Origin: a virus
Virus record (IMG/VR): IMGVR_UViG_3300017925_000001
Location: 32,001 to 96,000 of that record
Length of the DNA: 64,000 bases
Direction: 5' to 3' (one strand)
The translations under genes were made by a program, and so were the position numbers. A model generated the notes under the pieces. The model worked only from the letters and a program-made list of their open reading frames with translations, made no database searches and had not been told where the DNA came from. This document shows, piece after piece, positions 40,231-49,056 of this stretch (within the stretch, counting starts at the first letter, position 1; each line of letters opens with the position of its first letter).

Positions 40231-41547
40231 ATGGCTGATCAATACCCTGCAAGTGGACTTACACCCAATTTAAAGATGACTCTGGAAGGAATAGCAGTTG
40301 GAATAGCTACTAACTTTCTTGAGCTTGACTCATTGTTTCCTAACGGGCCAACCCCATCAGGCTATCTTCTTCTTACTGGGGGTACCATAGCAGGTAAATT
40401 GGGAATTGTTCCCGCTGGTACTGTTGGTACAAGCCCTGTAGATGCTATTGACATTCTGCTTCCTCCTATAGGAGCAGATTCTTATTTAAAAATAACAGCT
40501 CCGGGTTTGACATATTCTCTAAGAGCTGGATCAGCATCTCTTAATCAATATGATATTATGGCCAATATGATTAGAGACGCAGTGGGAAATACCTATGCTG
40601 ATGACCCAACGCATGTTGGCCTACAATTCGCTATTTCCCCAGAAGGTAATCTTCATAATAGCGAATTTTGGTTTGCTGTTAATCCTGTCGGCGGAAATGG
40701 ATCTGATATAGTTTTTCTTGTAACTGGAGATGGTGTTGTAGGTATACCTGGCACATCCAGTGGACCTAGCACTCCTAATGGAGGAGTATTTGGTTGGTCA
40801 AACATTTATCCCGTTGATTATGACCAATTAGACACCTATTTATGCCGTCTTTCACCCGGTGTTATAGGTATCGGGGCCAGTATAGGGTCTTACAACGGTT
40901 TTGATGGCTCTCTTAAACTTACTAATTTGACTGTTGCTGGATCATTTACTGATAATTTATCCTCAACCGGATCGCTTGGGCAAGTTTTGAGCAGCACCGT
41001 AACAGGTATAAAATGGGTAGCTGCTCCTAGCCTTATATCTGCTGCATGGGCTACCTTGTATGGTGACCTGACTGAGAACCAAGTTATTCCTTGGGATGGG
41101 CCTACTTTAGGCATACCAGACACAGGTATTTCCCGTATTTCCGCGCACACTCTTGCATTCGGAAACGGGTCTGCCGGGGATTATTCTGGTCATCTACAAG
41201 CTGCTGTGTTTACGGATGGAGCGGGAACGTATTTATCCGGTGGAACTATACGTTTGGGAAATGGTGCAGGACAGATCAATATTAGTGGCTCTCAGATTTT
41301 ATATGGTGGAGGAAATGGTTATGGTAATACCGGACACCTATTTTATATTGATGGGGTTGGAGAAGTTTTTTCGGTTCTATCCACCGGCATAGTACTATTG
41401 CCTTTGACTCCGCCTACTTCTGCCCATACAGCTGGGACACAAGGTCAGTTGACCTCAGGTACAGACGGTAATTTATACTTCTGTTCGATATCGGGACCGG
41501 GGGGTGGTGCAACAACTTGGAACAAACTCAGCATGACCGCAGTATAA
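40231..41547 (+). CDS. Fibre/appendage protein, TPNL-anchor family member 4
   Basis: LTPNL.M...ATNFLELDS; internal block shared with the collagen-like protein. Confidence 0.75.
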   Translation: MADQYPASGLTPNLKMTLEGIAVGIATNFLELDSLFPNGPTPSGYLLLTGGTIAGKLGIVPAGTVGTSPVDAIDILLPPIGADSYLKITAPGLTYSLRAGSASLNQYDIMANMIRDAVGNTYADDPTHVGLQFAISPEGNLHNSEFWFAVNPVGGNGSDIVFLVTGDGVVGIPGTSSGPSTPNGGVFGWSNIYPVDYDQLDTYLCRLSPGVIGIGASIGSYNGFDGSLKLTNLTVAGSFTDNLSSTGSLGQVLSSTVTGIKWVAAPSLISAAWATLYGDLTENQVIPWDGPTLGIPDTGISRISAHTLAFGNGSAGDYSGHLQAAVFTDGAGTYLSGGTIRLGNGAGQINISGSQILYGGGNGYGNTGHLFYIDGVGEVFSVLSTGIVLLPLTPPTSAHTAGTQGQLTSGTDGNLYFCSISGPGGGATTWNKLSMTAV

Positions 41548-41557
41548 AGGAGGCCCC

Positions 41558-42037
41558 ATGCAATTCTATGTCCGCTCCATCAGTAATCGCTTTCTTAGGT
41601 TCCTGTACAGCTTTTTCGTGCAGATGCCCCTGGAGATCTACTGGCGGTTCATCACTGCGTACGTGCCAACGAGTGCCGTGTTCTTAAATTATACCAGCGC
41701 CACTGACCTAGAGCTTCACGCTCAGTGGTCATTGGCCCAGCAAGGCCTAGTGTCCGCTTCGTTTCCTTTGACTTGTTCAGAGAACGGGCCGATGCATGCG
41801 GCAGTGCCCGCAGCATTGACAGTGGTACCCAAGCACGTCACAGTTGTCTCGGTTCCCGACATCACGCCGGGTGCCATCGTGACGCCTGATATGACACAGG
41901 AACCATGCCATAGCTTTGCCTGCTGTTGGCGTAAAGGCAGAGTCTATGCGGCAGCGTCCAAGGTGCCGGTGACTTTAGCCTATGAGTTTCAGAACCTGAT
42001 TTTAAGCGACCTCGGAATTGACGTATCCCAGAGGTAG
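41558..42037 (+). CDS. Hypothetical protein
   Basis: AAGGAGG RBS; 159 aa. Confidence 0.6.
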   Translation: MQFYVRSISNRFLRFLYSFFVQMPLEIYWRFITAYVPTSAVFLNYTSATDLELHAQWSLAQQGLVSASFPLTCSENGPMHAAVPAALTVVPKHVTVVSVPDITPGAIVTPDMTQEPCHSFACCWRKGRVYAAASKVPVTLAYEFQNLILSDLGIDVSQR

Positions 42038-42046
42038 GAGAAAGAA

Positions 42047-42382
42047 ATGCAAGTTCAAACAATAGTGCCGCTTATGACACTGCTTTACAAGGTGTTCATG
42101 GGCCTGCTGGTCGCGGGAGGAATAGGTATTATTATGTGGCCTTTTAGATCCATACGAAAAGAGTGGAGAACCTTGAAAGACAGCGTAGCCGAGACGCATG
42201 CGGAGCTTGTCACCCAAAGGACGAACTGTCTTACCACACTTCAAAATCAGGGGGATCGCCAAATCGAACTTTTAGGCAAAGCTGTGGAAACCCTTGGAAA
42301 TATCCACACTTCTCAGGCTGCAATGTCTGGTTTTATGCAGGCAACGCAGATCATAGCGGCTCCAACCCGTCGCAAACGGTAG
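42047..42382 (+). CDS. Single-TM protein with coiled-coil tail (holin-like?)
   Basis: N-terminal TM, heptad C-terminus. Confidence 0.55.
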   Translation: MQVQTIVPLMTLLYKVFMGLLVAGGIGIIMWPFRSIRKEWRTLKDSVAETHAELVTQRTNCLTTLQNQGDRQIELLGKAVETLGNIHTSQAAMSGFMQATQIIAAPTRRKR

Positions 42383-42412
42383 TTGACAAGCAGCTTCAGT
42401 TTGTGGTATAAT
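42383..42412 (+). promoter_or_regulatory. Consensus sigma70-type promoter
   Basis: TTGACA (42383-88), 18-nt spacer ending in TGg (extended -10), TATAAT (42407-12). Confidence 0.8.
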
Positions 42413-42452
42413 GTTTATGAAGTAAATCAGTGACTCAGAAAGGTCAAATTTA

Positions 42453-43220
42453 ATGCCAGAGCCAAAGATTTTGTTTTTGGATATAGAGACGTTTCCCAAC
42501 CTTGGGTACGTCTGGGGCAAATACGACCAGAATGTCATTCGTTACACGCAGCAAAGTTGTATCGCTACCTTCGTAGCAAAGTGGGCAGGGAAGAAAGAGA
42601 TCATCACTAAAGCTTTGCCAGATTATGCTGGGTACAAGCCCGGTTCATACAGTGACAAGGCAATTGTTTTGGATCTCTGGAAACTGTTTGATGAGGCAGA
42701 CATAATCGTCGCACATAATGGGGATCAGTTTGATGTGAAAGTGGTGGTGGGCCGCTTTATCCTCCATAATATGCGCCCTCCAAGCCCGTTTAAAACAATT
42801 GATACCAAGAAACTCACCAAAGAAGTTGCTCGTTATAATTCGAACGCTTTGGACGATCTCTGCGGCCAGCTTTTCGAAACGCACAAGATCAAGACGGACT
42901 TCGATTTGTGGGAAGGTTGCATCAATGGTGATCCGAAGTGTTGGGCAAACATGGTCAAGTACAACAAGGTAGATGTTCTTTTGTTGGAAAAACTGTATTA
43001 TCGTTTAGCTCCTTTTGCAAAGACACATCCGAACCTGACCTTCTGGACTCGTGGAGAATGCCCCAAGTGTGGCGGTCATAACGTTCAGTACCGAGGGGTT
43101 GCCCGGTGTATCACTCGGCAATACCAGAGATTCCAGTGCAACGACTGTGGCAGCTGGGGTCGGGTTGCGAAGAGCGATAAAGGTGCTGGCACCAAAACGG
43201 TTAACGTTCCAATTTGTTAA
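42453..43220 (+). CDS. RNase H-like/DEDD 3'-5' exonuclease with C-terminal zinc ribbon
   Basis: LDIET, AHNGDQFD, IDT, YN..DV; CPKCG...C.DCG. Confidence 0.85.
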   Translation: MPEPKILFLDIETFPNLGYVWGKYDQNVIRYTQQSCIATFVAKWAGKKEIITKALPDYAGYKPGSYSDKAIVLDLWKLFDEADIIVAHNGDQFDVKVVVGRFILHNMRPPSPFKTIDTKKLTKEVARYNSNALDDLCGQLFETHKIKTDFDLWEGCINGDPKCWANMVKYNKVDVLLLEKLYYRLAPFAKTHPNLTFWTRGECPKCGGHNVQYRGVARCITRQYQRFQCNDCGSWGRVAKSDKGAGTKTVNVPIC

Positions 43221-43238
43221 CAAAAGGAGACTCAGTAA

Positions 43239-43412
43239 ATGTCACAAGTGGAGTACATAGTACGTGTAGAGGGAATGCACAATTCATTTGGTCTTGGAGA
43301 AAAGATCGGTGATGGCATTACCCTCTTTAGGGCCGGTATGTATAACCTCACAGCAGAAGAAATCGACGCGAAGGTGAAGCAGACTCGGGCTCGGAAAGTC
43401 GAGAAGCTTTGA
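43239..43412 (+). CDS. Small hypothetical protein (57 aa, not in ORF track)
   Basis: AAGGAG RBS; MSQVEYIVRV... Confidence 0.5.
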   Translation: MSQVEYIVRVEGMHNSFGLGEKIGDGITLFRAGMYNLTAEEIDAKVKQTRARKVEKL

Positions 43413-43540
43413 TGGAATATATTGAAGCAGCTTTTTCCCTCCTCATCGTCCTTGCAGTTGTGGGGACAATCATCCTCAGTCTCTATGGTGCGATCTCGGC
43501 GCTCGTCTGGCTTACGCGCTACATTTGGTGGAAGCGATGA
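43412..43540 (+). CDS. Small membrane protein (42 aa)
   Basis: Stop/start overlaps on both sides; hydrophobic. Confidence 0.5.
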   Translation: MEYIEAAFSLLIVLAVVGTIILSLYGAISALVWLTRYIWWKR

Positions 43541-44247
43541 TTATTGGGCCAGTGATTCACTCGGTGATCCTAGGCTACGGACATCGCGCTCGTTCTGGAA
43601 AAGACACCGCAGCCTCGATTATTATCAAAGAACGCGGAGCAGAGTTTGACATACGCCGATATAGTTTTGCAAGTGAATTGAAGGCTGAGGTCAACCACAA
43701 CGCTATGAAGGCTGGCGGCATGAAGAATTTGTTCGCTGACGGTCTACGCTTGGAAGGTTGCGGGTATATGCAGGAGAATGAAGAACTCCTGCGACTACCA
43801 GAATGGGTACAAATGGACCCCAGTCCCGATATGAGCGATCCCGAATGCCCATATGGCAAGCAACGCTCGCTCTTGCAATTTTGGGGAACAAACCTTAGAC
43901 GATCAGTGAACGAAAACTACTGGCTCAACAAAGTGAAGCAGCGTATTGCCGATGAAAAACCACAGATCGCCCTGATCACAGACTTGCGTTTTTTAAACGA
44001 AGTGAATTTTATACTCACATACGGGGAAGTGATTCGCATCGACCGTCCTGGTCTCCCGCCTCTCAGTGAGGCGCACGAATCAGAGCTAGCTTTGGCCAAT
44101 TATGATGGTTGGTCCGACATTATCAAGAACAATGGCACGCTGAACGAGTTCAAGGAAAAGGTTCTCTTCAGCTTTGACATGTTGCTTTCAGCAGTTCCGC
44201 AAGAGCACCGAACAGAGGAACCGAAAGGTACGGTGGTGAAGGTGTAA
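43537..44247 (+). CDS. Deoxynucleoside monophosphate kinase (T4 gp1-like)
   Basis: G..ARSGKDT, FA..LK, R.LLQ.WGT, ITD.RF.NE, H.SE, I.NNGT. Confidence 0.9.
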   Translation: MIIGPVIHSVILGYGHRARSGKDTAASIIIKERGAEFDIRRYSFASELKAEVNHNAMKAGGMKNLFADGLRLEGCGYMQENEELLRLPEWVQMDPSPDMSDPECPYGKQRSLLQFWGTNLRRSVNENYWLNKVKQRIADEKPQIALITDLRFLNEVNFILTYGEVIRIDRPGLPPLSEAHESELALANYDGWSDIIKNNGTLNEFKEKVLFSFDMLLSAVPQEHRTEEPKGTVVKV

Positions 44248-44279
44248 TGCTCTGAACTGAGCACCTTCAAGGACTCACT

Positions 44280-45194
44280 ATGAAAAAGTATTTGCTACCG
44301 ATCCTGCTGTGGGCCCTCCTCGGATTGGCCTCGGCAACCGTCACACCAGCACAGAAAACATTGCAGCACAAGGCTACGCACACGATTGTCATGTCGAATG
44401 AGAAGGCACATGATGGAGCTGGTTGCTCCGCAACGGCAATCTCTGAACATGTCCTGCTCACTGCTGAGCACTGCAATGTCCCAGGCAGTGTGCTTTACCT
44501 TGATCAGAACAACAGACCTTACCAGCACCCGCTGGAGATCTCAGAGCGGTACCTGGATCATCAGGATCATATGCTCCTAGTTCTCCCAGGCGTCTCGTTC
44601 AAGAACTTCGTGGATTATGGCTCCGCTGCTCCTTTGAAGCAGGGTGACCATTACTATCTGTGGGGCAACCCAGGCTTGATTCGAGACCAGTACCGCGAGG
44701 GCTACGTCACCGGGTCAATTGTTGATCCGATCTATGAGATGGAGATTGATGCAGTCAGTTCCTTTCTCATGTTGAATGGACCTGTGATTGGTGGAGATTC
44801 AGGCAGCGCAATATTCAGCGCCGAAGATGGCCACCTTGCAGGAGTCCTGACGTACGGGATGGAGTACGGTATGTTCGCAGGCGTCTATCCGCTCGCGTTC
44901 ACAGCTGATCAGATCGCGCAGGCCGAGGGCGTAGGTTCATTCGTCTACTTGCCCGACACTCGCCCGGTCGTCAATGTCAATGCTACTGCAGCTCACTCTG
45001 TAGTCGATCATAGCGAAGCTCCTCTGTGGGCTCTGGTGTGGTTGTTCGCAGTCTGCATCTTGTGGTACACGCTGGGTGGCGTGTTCAAGACACTAGCCAA
45101 GGGCATACGCGGGGCAGCAGGGCCGGTCTGGAAGGCAATGAAGTACGTGGGGCGGCTGTTCAAAACTGCATACCAAACTTTAAAGAAAATATAA
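44280..45194 (+). CDS. Exported trypsin-like serine protease with C-terminal membrane anchor
   Basis: Signal peptide; LTAEHC (His), D, GDSGS (Ser); C-terminal TM plus amphipathic helix. Confidence 0.85.
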   Translation: MKKYLLPILLWALLGLASATVTPAQKTLQHKATHTIVMSNEKAHDGAGCSATAISEHVLLTAEHCNVPGSVLYLDQNNRPYQHPLEISERYLDHQDHMLLVLPGVSFKNFVDYGSAAPLKQGDHYYLWGNPGLIRDQYREGYVTGSIVDPIYEMEIDAVSSFLMLNGPVIGGDSGSAIFSAEDGHLAGVLTYGMEYGMFAGVYPLAFTADQIAQAEGVGSFVYLPDTRPVVNVNATAAHSVVDHSEAPLWALVWLFAVCILWYTLGGVFKTLAKGIRGAAGPVWKAMKYVGRLFKTAYQTLKKI

Positions 45195-45198
45195 TTAC

Positions 45199-45278
45199 AT
45201 CTCCCGGGGTTGCTCCTGGGGGCTAGGGCCCTAGCGTGACTCCATCGCGTTGGGGCCTGTCCTATGGAGGGACACATG
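45199..45278 (+). promoter_or_regulatory. HEG-leader RNA, copy 6
   Basis: ATC; CTCCCGGGG-ttgc-TCCTGGGGG; C-TA; 14-bp stem 45226-39/45245-58; CTCCAT (45240-45) pairs ATGGAG (45264-69), which is the SD. Confidence 0.8.
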
Positions 45279-45989
45279 ATTCACATCAATGTAATGACTG
45301 CAGCTTTGCGAAATGTTCTCAACGCTCGAAATTGGCGCAGAAAATACCCTGAGAAATCTCGTTCTAGTGCTCTTGCATACTACTACGCAAACCGTGCTGT
45401 GGCCCTTGAACGCAGGCACGTTTATTGCAAAGAGAATCCTGAGAAGGTCCGTGCATGTAGTCGTGCATCAGCTCGGATATGGCGCAAGGAACACCCTGAG
45501 AAAGTAAGAGAGAACACTCGTGCTTGGGCCAAGGCACATCCTGATAAAGTGCGTGAGAAATCCCGTGTATGGTATCAGGCCCACCCCGAAACACGGCAAG
45601 CATGGGAGAAAGCGCATCCTGAGAAAAGAAAAGAAATTGAGCATAAATACAGGAGACTGCACCCAGAAAAAGTACGTGAGAAACAACGTGTACGACGCGC
45701 TCGCAAATTAAATGCAGGTGGCTCTTTTACAAACTTGCAATTTAAGCAACTCTGCGCTTCATTCGGAAACACATGTCTCTGCTGCAAGAGAAGTGAAGTA
45801 GAACTTGCATCTTTGGGTTTCACACTTGTACCTGATCATGTAGTTGCACTGTCACGTGGCGGTAGCAACGATATCATCAATATTCAACCGCTCTGCGGAC
45901 CTTGCAACGCTCGTAAACAGACCAAACACATTGATTATCGAAAGGAAACAGAAATATGTCAGGCACAAGCTATGAAGGCAAACCAATAA
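45276..45989 (+). CDS. HNH homing endonuclease with N-terminal (W...HPEKVRE) repeats
   Basis: CLCC...DHVV.LSRGGSNDI.NIQPLC..CN..K. Confidence 0.9.
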   Translation: MIHINVMTAALRNVLNARNWRRKYPEKSRSSALAYYYANRAVALERRHVYCKENPEKVRACSRASARIWRKEHPEKVRENTRAWAKAHPDKVREKSRVWYQAHPETRQAWEKAHPEKRKEIEHKYRRLHPEKVREKQRVRRARKLNAGGSFTNLQFKQLCASFGNTCLCCKRSEVELASLGFTLVPDHVVALSRGGSNDIINIQPLCGPCNARKQTKHIDYRKETEICQAQAMKANQ

Positions 45990-46312
45990 ATGTAGCAGAT
46001 CAGGTCTCTATCCTTGGCGGAGTTCAGTCCATCACAGGTAGTGCGCCTAGCACAGCCTCAGTTGTTCTCCAGGGAATTTATGGGGAAACCTTCACTGTGC
46101 AAGCGAGGGACTGCACTTCGGTCCAGCACACTTCAGGCGCTGCTATGTCCAAGAATGGTAAATTATTCACAACGGCGGATCGCGTTACGGCCAACGGAAT
46201 CGTCACTGCGGTCACAGGGTCTGGTGTCACTGCTCAGGTCACTGTGCTTTTAGACGAATCTCAGCTTTCCGTGACAGTTTACGCGGGATCTGTACATTCG
46301 AACGCGGCGTAG
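45956..46312 (+). CDS. Hypothetical protein with internal duplication
   Basis: Two GK....AD.V...G.V...TGS repeats. Confidence 0.65.
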   Translation: MSGTSYEGKPINVADQVSILGGVQSITGSAPSTASVVLQGIYGETFTVQARDCTSVQHTSGAAMSKNGKLFTTADRVTANGIVTAVTGSGVTAQVTVLLDESQLSVTVYAGSVHSNAA

Positions 46313-46329
46313 GAAAAGGAAACTCAGAT

Positions 46330-47064
46330 ATGAGCAGCACACCCACAGTCACACCTGTAGTCACCCAAAGCTGGTTCAAGGTCCATGAAAGGCTTTTAAT
46401 AGTCCTCATGGTCCTTTTAGCCGGGTCTTGGGGTTATTCCAAGTACGCAGATGCGTCAGCTTCTAAGGCAGAAACAAGAGCAACCGTAGCTGAGCAGGCC
46501 TTGGAGTCTCAAAAAGAGAATAATGCCGCTATGGCCCTTCAGACCGCGCAGGTAATCGCGCAGTATCAAACCATGTGTCAGTCTCTAGCCGCCCAGACTA
46601 GCGCCCTGCAGGCCTCCCTGACGCAGCGGCAGGCTACCCTGGCCAAGCAGGTAACTGTAGATGCTAATCTGCCCCTGTCAGGCCTAGCACAGCGCTGGCA
46701 GACCTTGCTTCCCACGGTTACCCCCACGGTTACCCCGGTAGGCATAGGGCTTACTTCCCAAGAGGCCCATGATACAGTCGCAGCCTTGGAACAAATCTCT
46801 GTTCTCCAATCGAATCTAAAGGATACGCAGTCTGACCTAGGGGCAACCCAAGGCGCGCTGGGGCAAGCCAACACTGTGATTTCCGACCAAACCAAACAAA
46901 TCACAGGACTTAACCTAGAAATAAGCGATCAAACTAAGACTTGCACTGCACAGGTTGCTGCTGCCAAGGCCGAAGGCCGCAAAGGGAAAATACGATGGTT
47001 TAAAATAGGCTTCGTCAGCGGCTTTGTAGCGGGCCTCTGGGGAGGACATTCAGCGGGTTTGTAA
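46330..47064 (+). CDS. Membrane-anchored coiled-coil protein (spanin-like)
   Basis: N-terminal TM, long heptads, hydrophobic C-terminus. Confidence 0.55.
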   Translation: MSSTPTVTPVVTQSWFKVHERLLIVLMVLLAGSWGYSKYADASASKAETRATVAEQALESQKENNAAMALQTAQVIAQYQTMCQSLAAQTSALQASLTQRQATLAKQVTVDANLPLSGLAQRWQTLLPTVTPTVTPVGIGLTSQEAHDTVAALEQISVLQSNLKDTQSDLGATQGALGQANTVISDQTKQITGLNLEISDQTKTCTAQVAAAKAEGRKGKIRWFKIGFVSGFVAGLWGGHSAGL

Positions 47065-47074
47065 AGGAGGCCCC

Positions 47075-47221
47075 ATGCTCACCAAAGCAGAGAAGCAGGA
47101 GATTATAGAACGCGCTCACACAGACAAAACATTCTGCAAGGCTCTGCTCAAAGAGCTTGTGAGGCTGGCAGTAGCAAATGATTCAGATGTATTAGAGAAA
47201 GCCTTGAAGAGAATCAAGTAG
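47075..47221 (+). CDS. Small hypothetical protein (48 aa)
   Basis: AAGGAGG RBS; MLTKAEKQEII... Confidence 0.55.
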   Translation: MLTKAEKQEIIERAHTDKTFCKALLKELVRLAVANDSDVLEKALKRIK

Positions 47222-47237
47222 TTTAGAAACAAGAATA

Positions 47238-47290
47238 GCCCCTCAAGGGCATCCTAAGACAACTAGGGTGCTCTTGAGGGGCCTTTTTTT
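47238..47290 (+). terminator. Intrinsic terminator at the convergence of the two arms
   Basis: 19-bp stem GCCCCTCAAGGGCATCCTA/TAGGGTGCTCTTGAGGGGC followed by C and T7. Confidence 0.9.
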
Positions 47291-47299
47291 GTGCCCAAA

Positions 47300-47443
47300 T
47301 TAACATCTGGGCTTTGCTCTGTTCTCCTCTTCACTGTCAGGTGTGTACTTTGATCCTCCAGCGAGTATGCTCGCTTCTAAAAGATCGAGGGCTTCCCTGA
47401 GGTTTTTGATCTGTTGCAGCAATTTGTTCCTAGCTTCGATCAT
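47300..47443 (-). CDS. Small hypothetical protein (47 aa)
   Basis: GGAGG RBS; MIEARNKLLQQIKNLRE... Confidence 0.5.
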   Translation of the reverse strand: MIEARNKLLQQIKNLREALDLLEASILAGGSKYTPDSEEENRAKPRC

Positions 47444-48530
47444 TGATTGTTGGTCCTCCTTGGGAAATGAATTCGAACCCCGTGCCGTCCTTGTAGTCGA
47501 TGATGATTTTGTCGTCCTTGTTAATTTGCTCGCTGAGTACGAGCTTGGCCAGTGGTTTCTGGATGTACTTCTCTATGGTGCGCTTGATAGGGCGCGCTCC
47601 ATAGGCTTTATCGAAGCCTTCTTTGAGCAAGAAGCGTCTAGCTGATGGAGAAACAAAAAATTCAAAGCGAGGTACAGGGGGCCTTACCTTTAGGCTTGTA
47701 GTGGTTAGATCCGAAGCAAGCACTATAGAGCAGGGAGTACCCAGCACCCACAGGCGATATGCTAAGTCCCGCAGCTCGAAGTCTAAGACCTGATCTGTTT
47801 GCTCTTTGGTAAGAGCGGTAAAGGTAACAATATGCTGAATACGGTTTAAGAATTCTGGGCTGAATTTACTCTTAGCTGCACTCAGAGCAATTTGCTCAAG
47901 GCGTGCTTGGTCTTTTTCATCAGACAGCTCAGCGAATCCTATGCCTCTGTTTGCCATTTCTCTTGCGCCTAGATTGGAGGTTAGTACTATTATTGTTTTG
48001 GAGAAATCTACAGTCCGATTATCTCCTAGAGTCAGAGAGGCGCTGTCAAGAATTCCTAATAAAAGTTTCCACAAAGAATCTGAAGCTTTCTCCACCTCAT
48101 CTATGAGAAGAATAGAAAGTTTCATTTCCTCTGTATGGTACTTATCTAATCTTTCTTGTTCTAGCATAGGATGGCATTCTCTGAATCCTAAATATCCGGG
48201 GGGACTTCCTACTAACTTTGCGATTTCGTGATCGTGTTGAAACTCAGCACAATCAATTCTTATGCATGCCTTTTTATTTCCTAGTAACGCTTCAGCAAGT
48301 GTTTCACATACAAAAGTTTTACCGCAGCCAGTTGGGCCTAAGAACAAAGCTATTCCTGCAGGTTTGCTTGGATCACTAAAACCAGATTGATGTGCTTCGA
48401 AAATGTCAATCAATACCTGCACAGCTTTTTCCTGCCCTACAATCTTGTTGGAGAATTGTTGTTGGAGAAGTTTAGAACGCTTGCTAGTCTGCGTAATATC
48501 TAAAGCTCGTTGTGCTCCTGCTGCGGACAT
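47430..48530 (-). CDS. Single-domain ClpB/ClpA NBD2-like AAA+ ATPase
   Basis: IVGQ, GPTGCGKT, KLVGSPPGYLG, DEVEKA, TSNLG, F.PEFLNR, YGARP. Confidence 0.9.
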   Translation of the reverse strand: MSAAGAQRALDITQTSKRSKLLQQQFSNKIVGQEKAVQVLIDIFEAHQSGFSDPSKPAGIALFLGPTGCGKTFVCETLAEALLGNKKACIRIDCAEFQHDHEIAKLVGSPPGYLGFRECHPMLEQERLDKYHTEEMKLSILLIDEVEKASDSLWKLLLGILDSASLTLGDNRTVDFSKTIIVLTSNLGAREMANRGIGFAELSDEKDQARLEQIALSAAKSKFSPEFLNRIQHIVTFTALTKEQTDQVLDFELRDLAYRLWVLGTPCSIVLASDLTTTSLKVRPPVPRFEFFVSPSARRFLLKEGFDKAYGARPIKRTIEKYIQKPLAKLVLSEQINKDDKIIIDYKDGTGFEFISQGGPTINDRS

Positions 48531-48540
48531 AAAACTCTCC

Positions 48541-49047
48541 TTAAAGGCTCCTAATTTTAGCTGCTCGTGCGGCATGGGCTTCTTCGAAGGTATCAAAGAC
48601 CCCAATGTGTTCTCGGATATTTGGTGCCGGATTCCAACGGGCTCGATAACGGCCTGTGCTTTTTATGAACGTTATGCCTTCTCCAGGGGTGCGCCCCGTT
48701 TTAACTGCATGTACCGTGTTGCTTCTCTTGGTTGCCCATTCCAGCTTGATAGCCCGACAGTCTGATTTTGGACCAAGGTGGTTTACTTCTGGCAGATCCA
48801 TAGGATTTGGGATAAATGCCTTCGCAACCAAACGGTGGATAGCTAAACTGTGAGACTTGCCGTTCATGTAAAACTGGACTGTCATGTAGCCTCCAGTTCC
48901 CGGCCAAGTTTTTAGAAGCGTCTTTCCTGGGTGATGCTTGGTGGCTTCTTTTCGACGTACTTTTCCAAGGTCGCTCACTTCGTACGCTTCGAAGCCCTCT
49001 ACAGTCTTCCAATTTTCTAATGCGCGCTGCGTACCTGCGTTGGCCAT
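48541..49047 (-). CDS. NUMOD4-HNH homing endonuclease with AP2-like domain
   Basis: WK.V.GFE.YEVS..G.VR; HRLVAKAFIPNP..LPEVNH..LEW; IG.F.T.EEA..AR. Confidence 0.9.
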   Translation of the reverse strand: MANAGTQRALENWKTVEGFEAYEVSDLGKVRRKEATKHHPGKTLLKTWPGTGGYMTVQFYMNGKSHSLAIHRLVAKAFIPNPMDLPEVNHLGPKSDCRAIKLEWATKRSNTVHAVKTGRTPGEGITFIKSTGRYRARWNPAPNIREHIGVFDTFEEAHAARAAKIRSL

Positions 49048-49056
49048 GGGGCCTCC

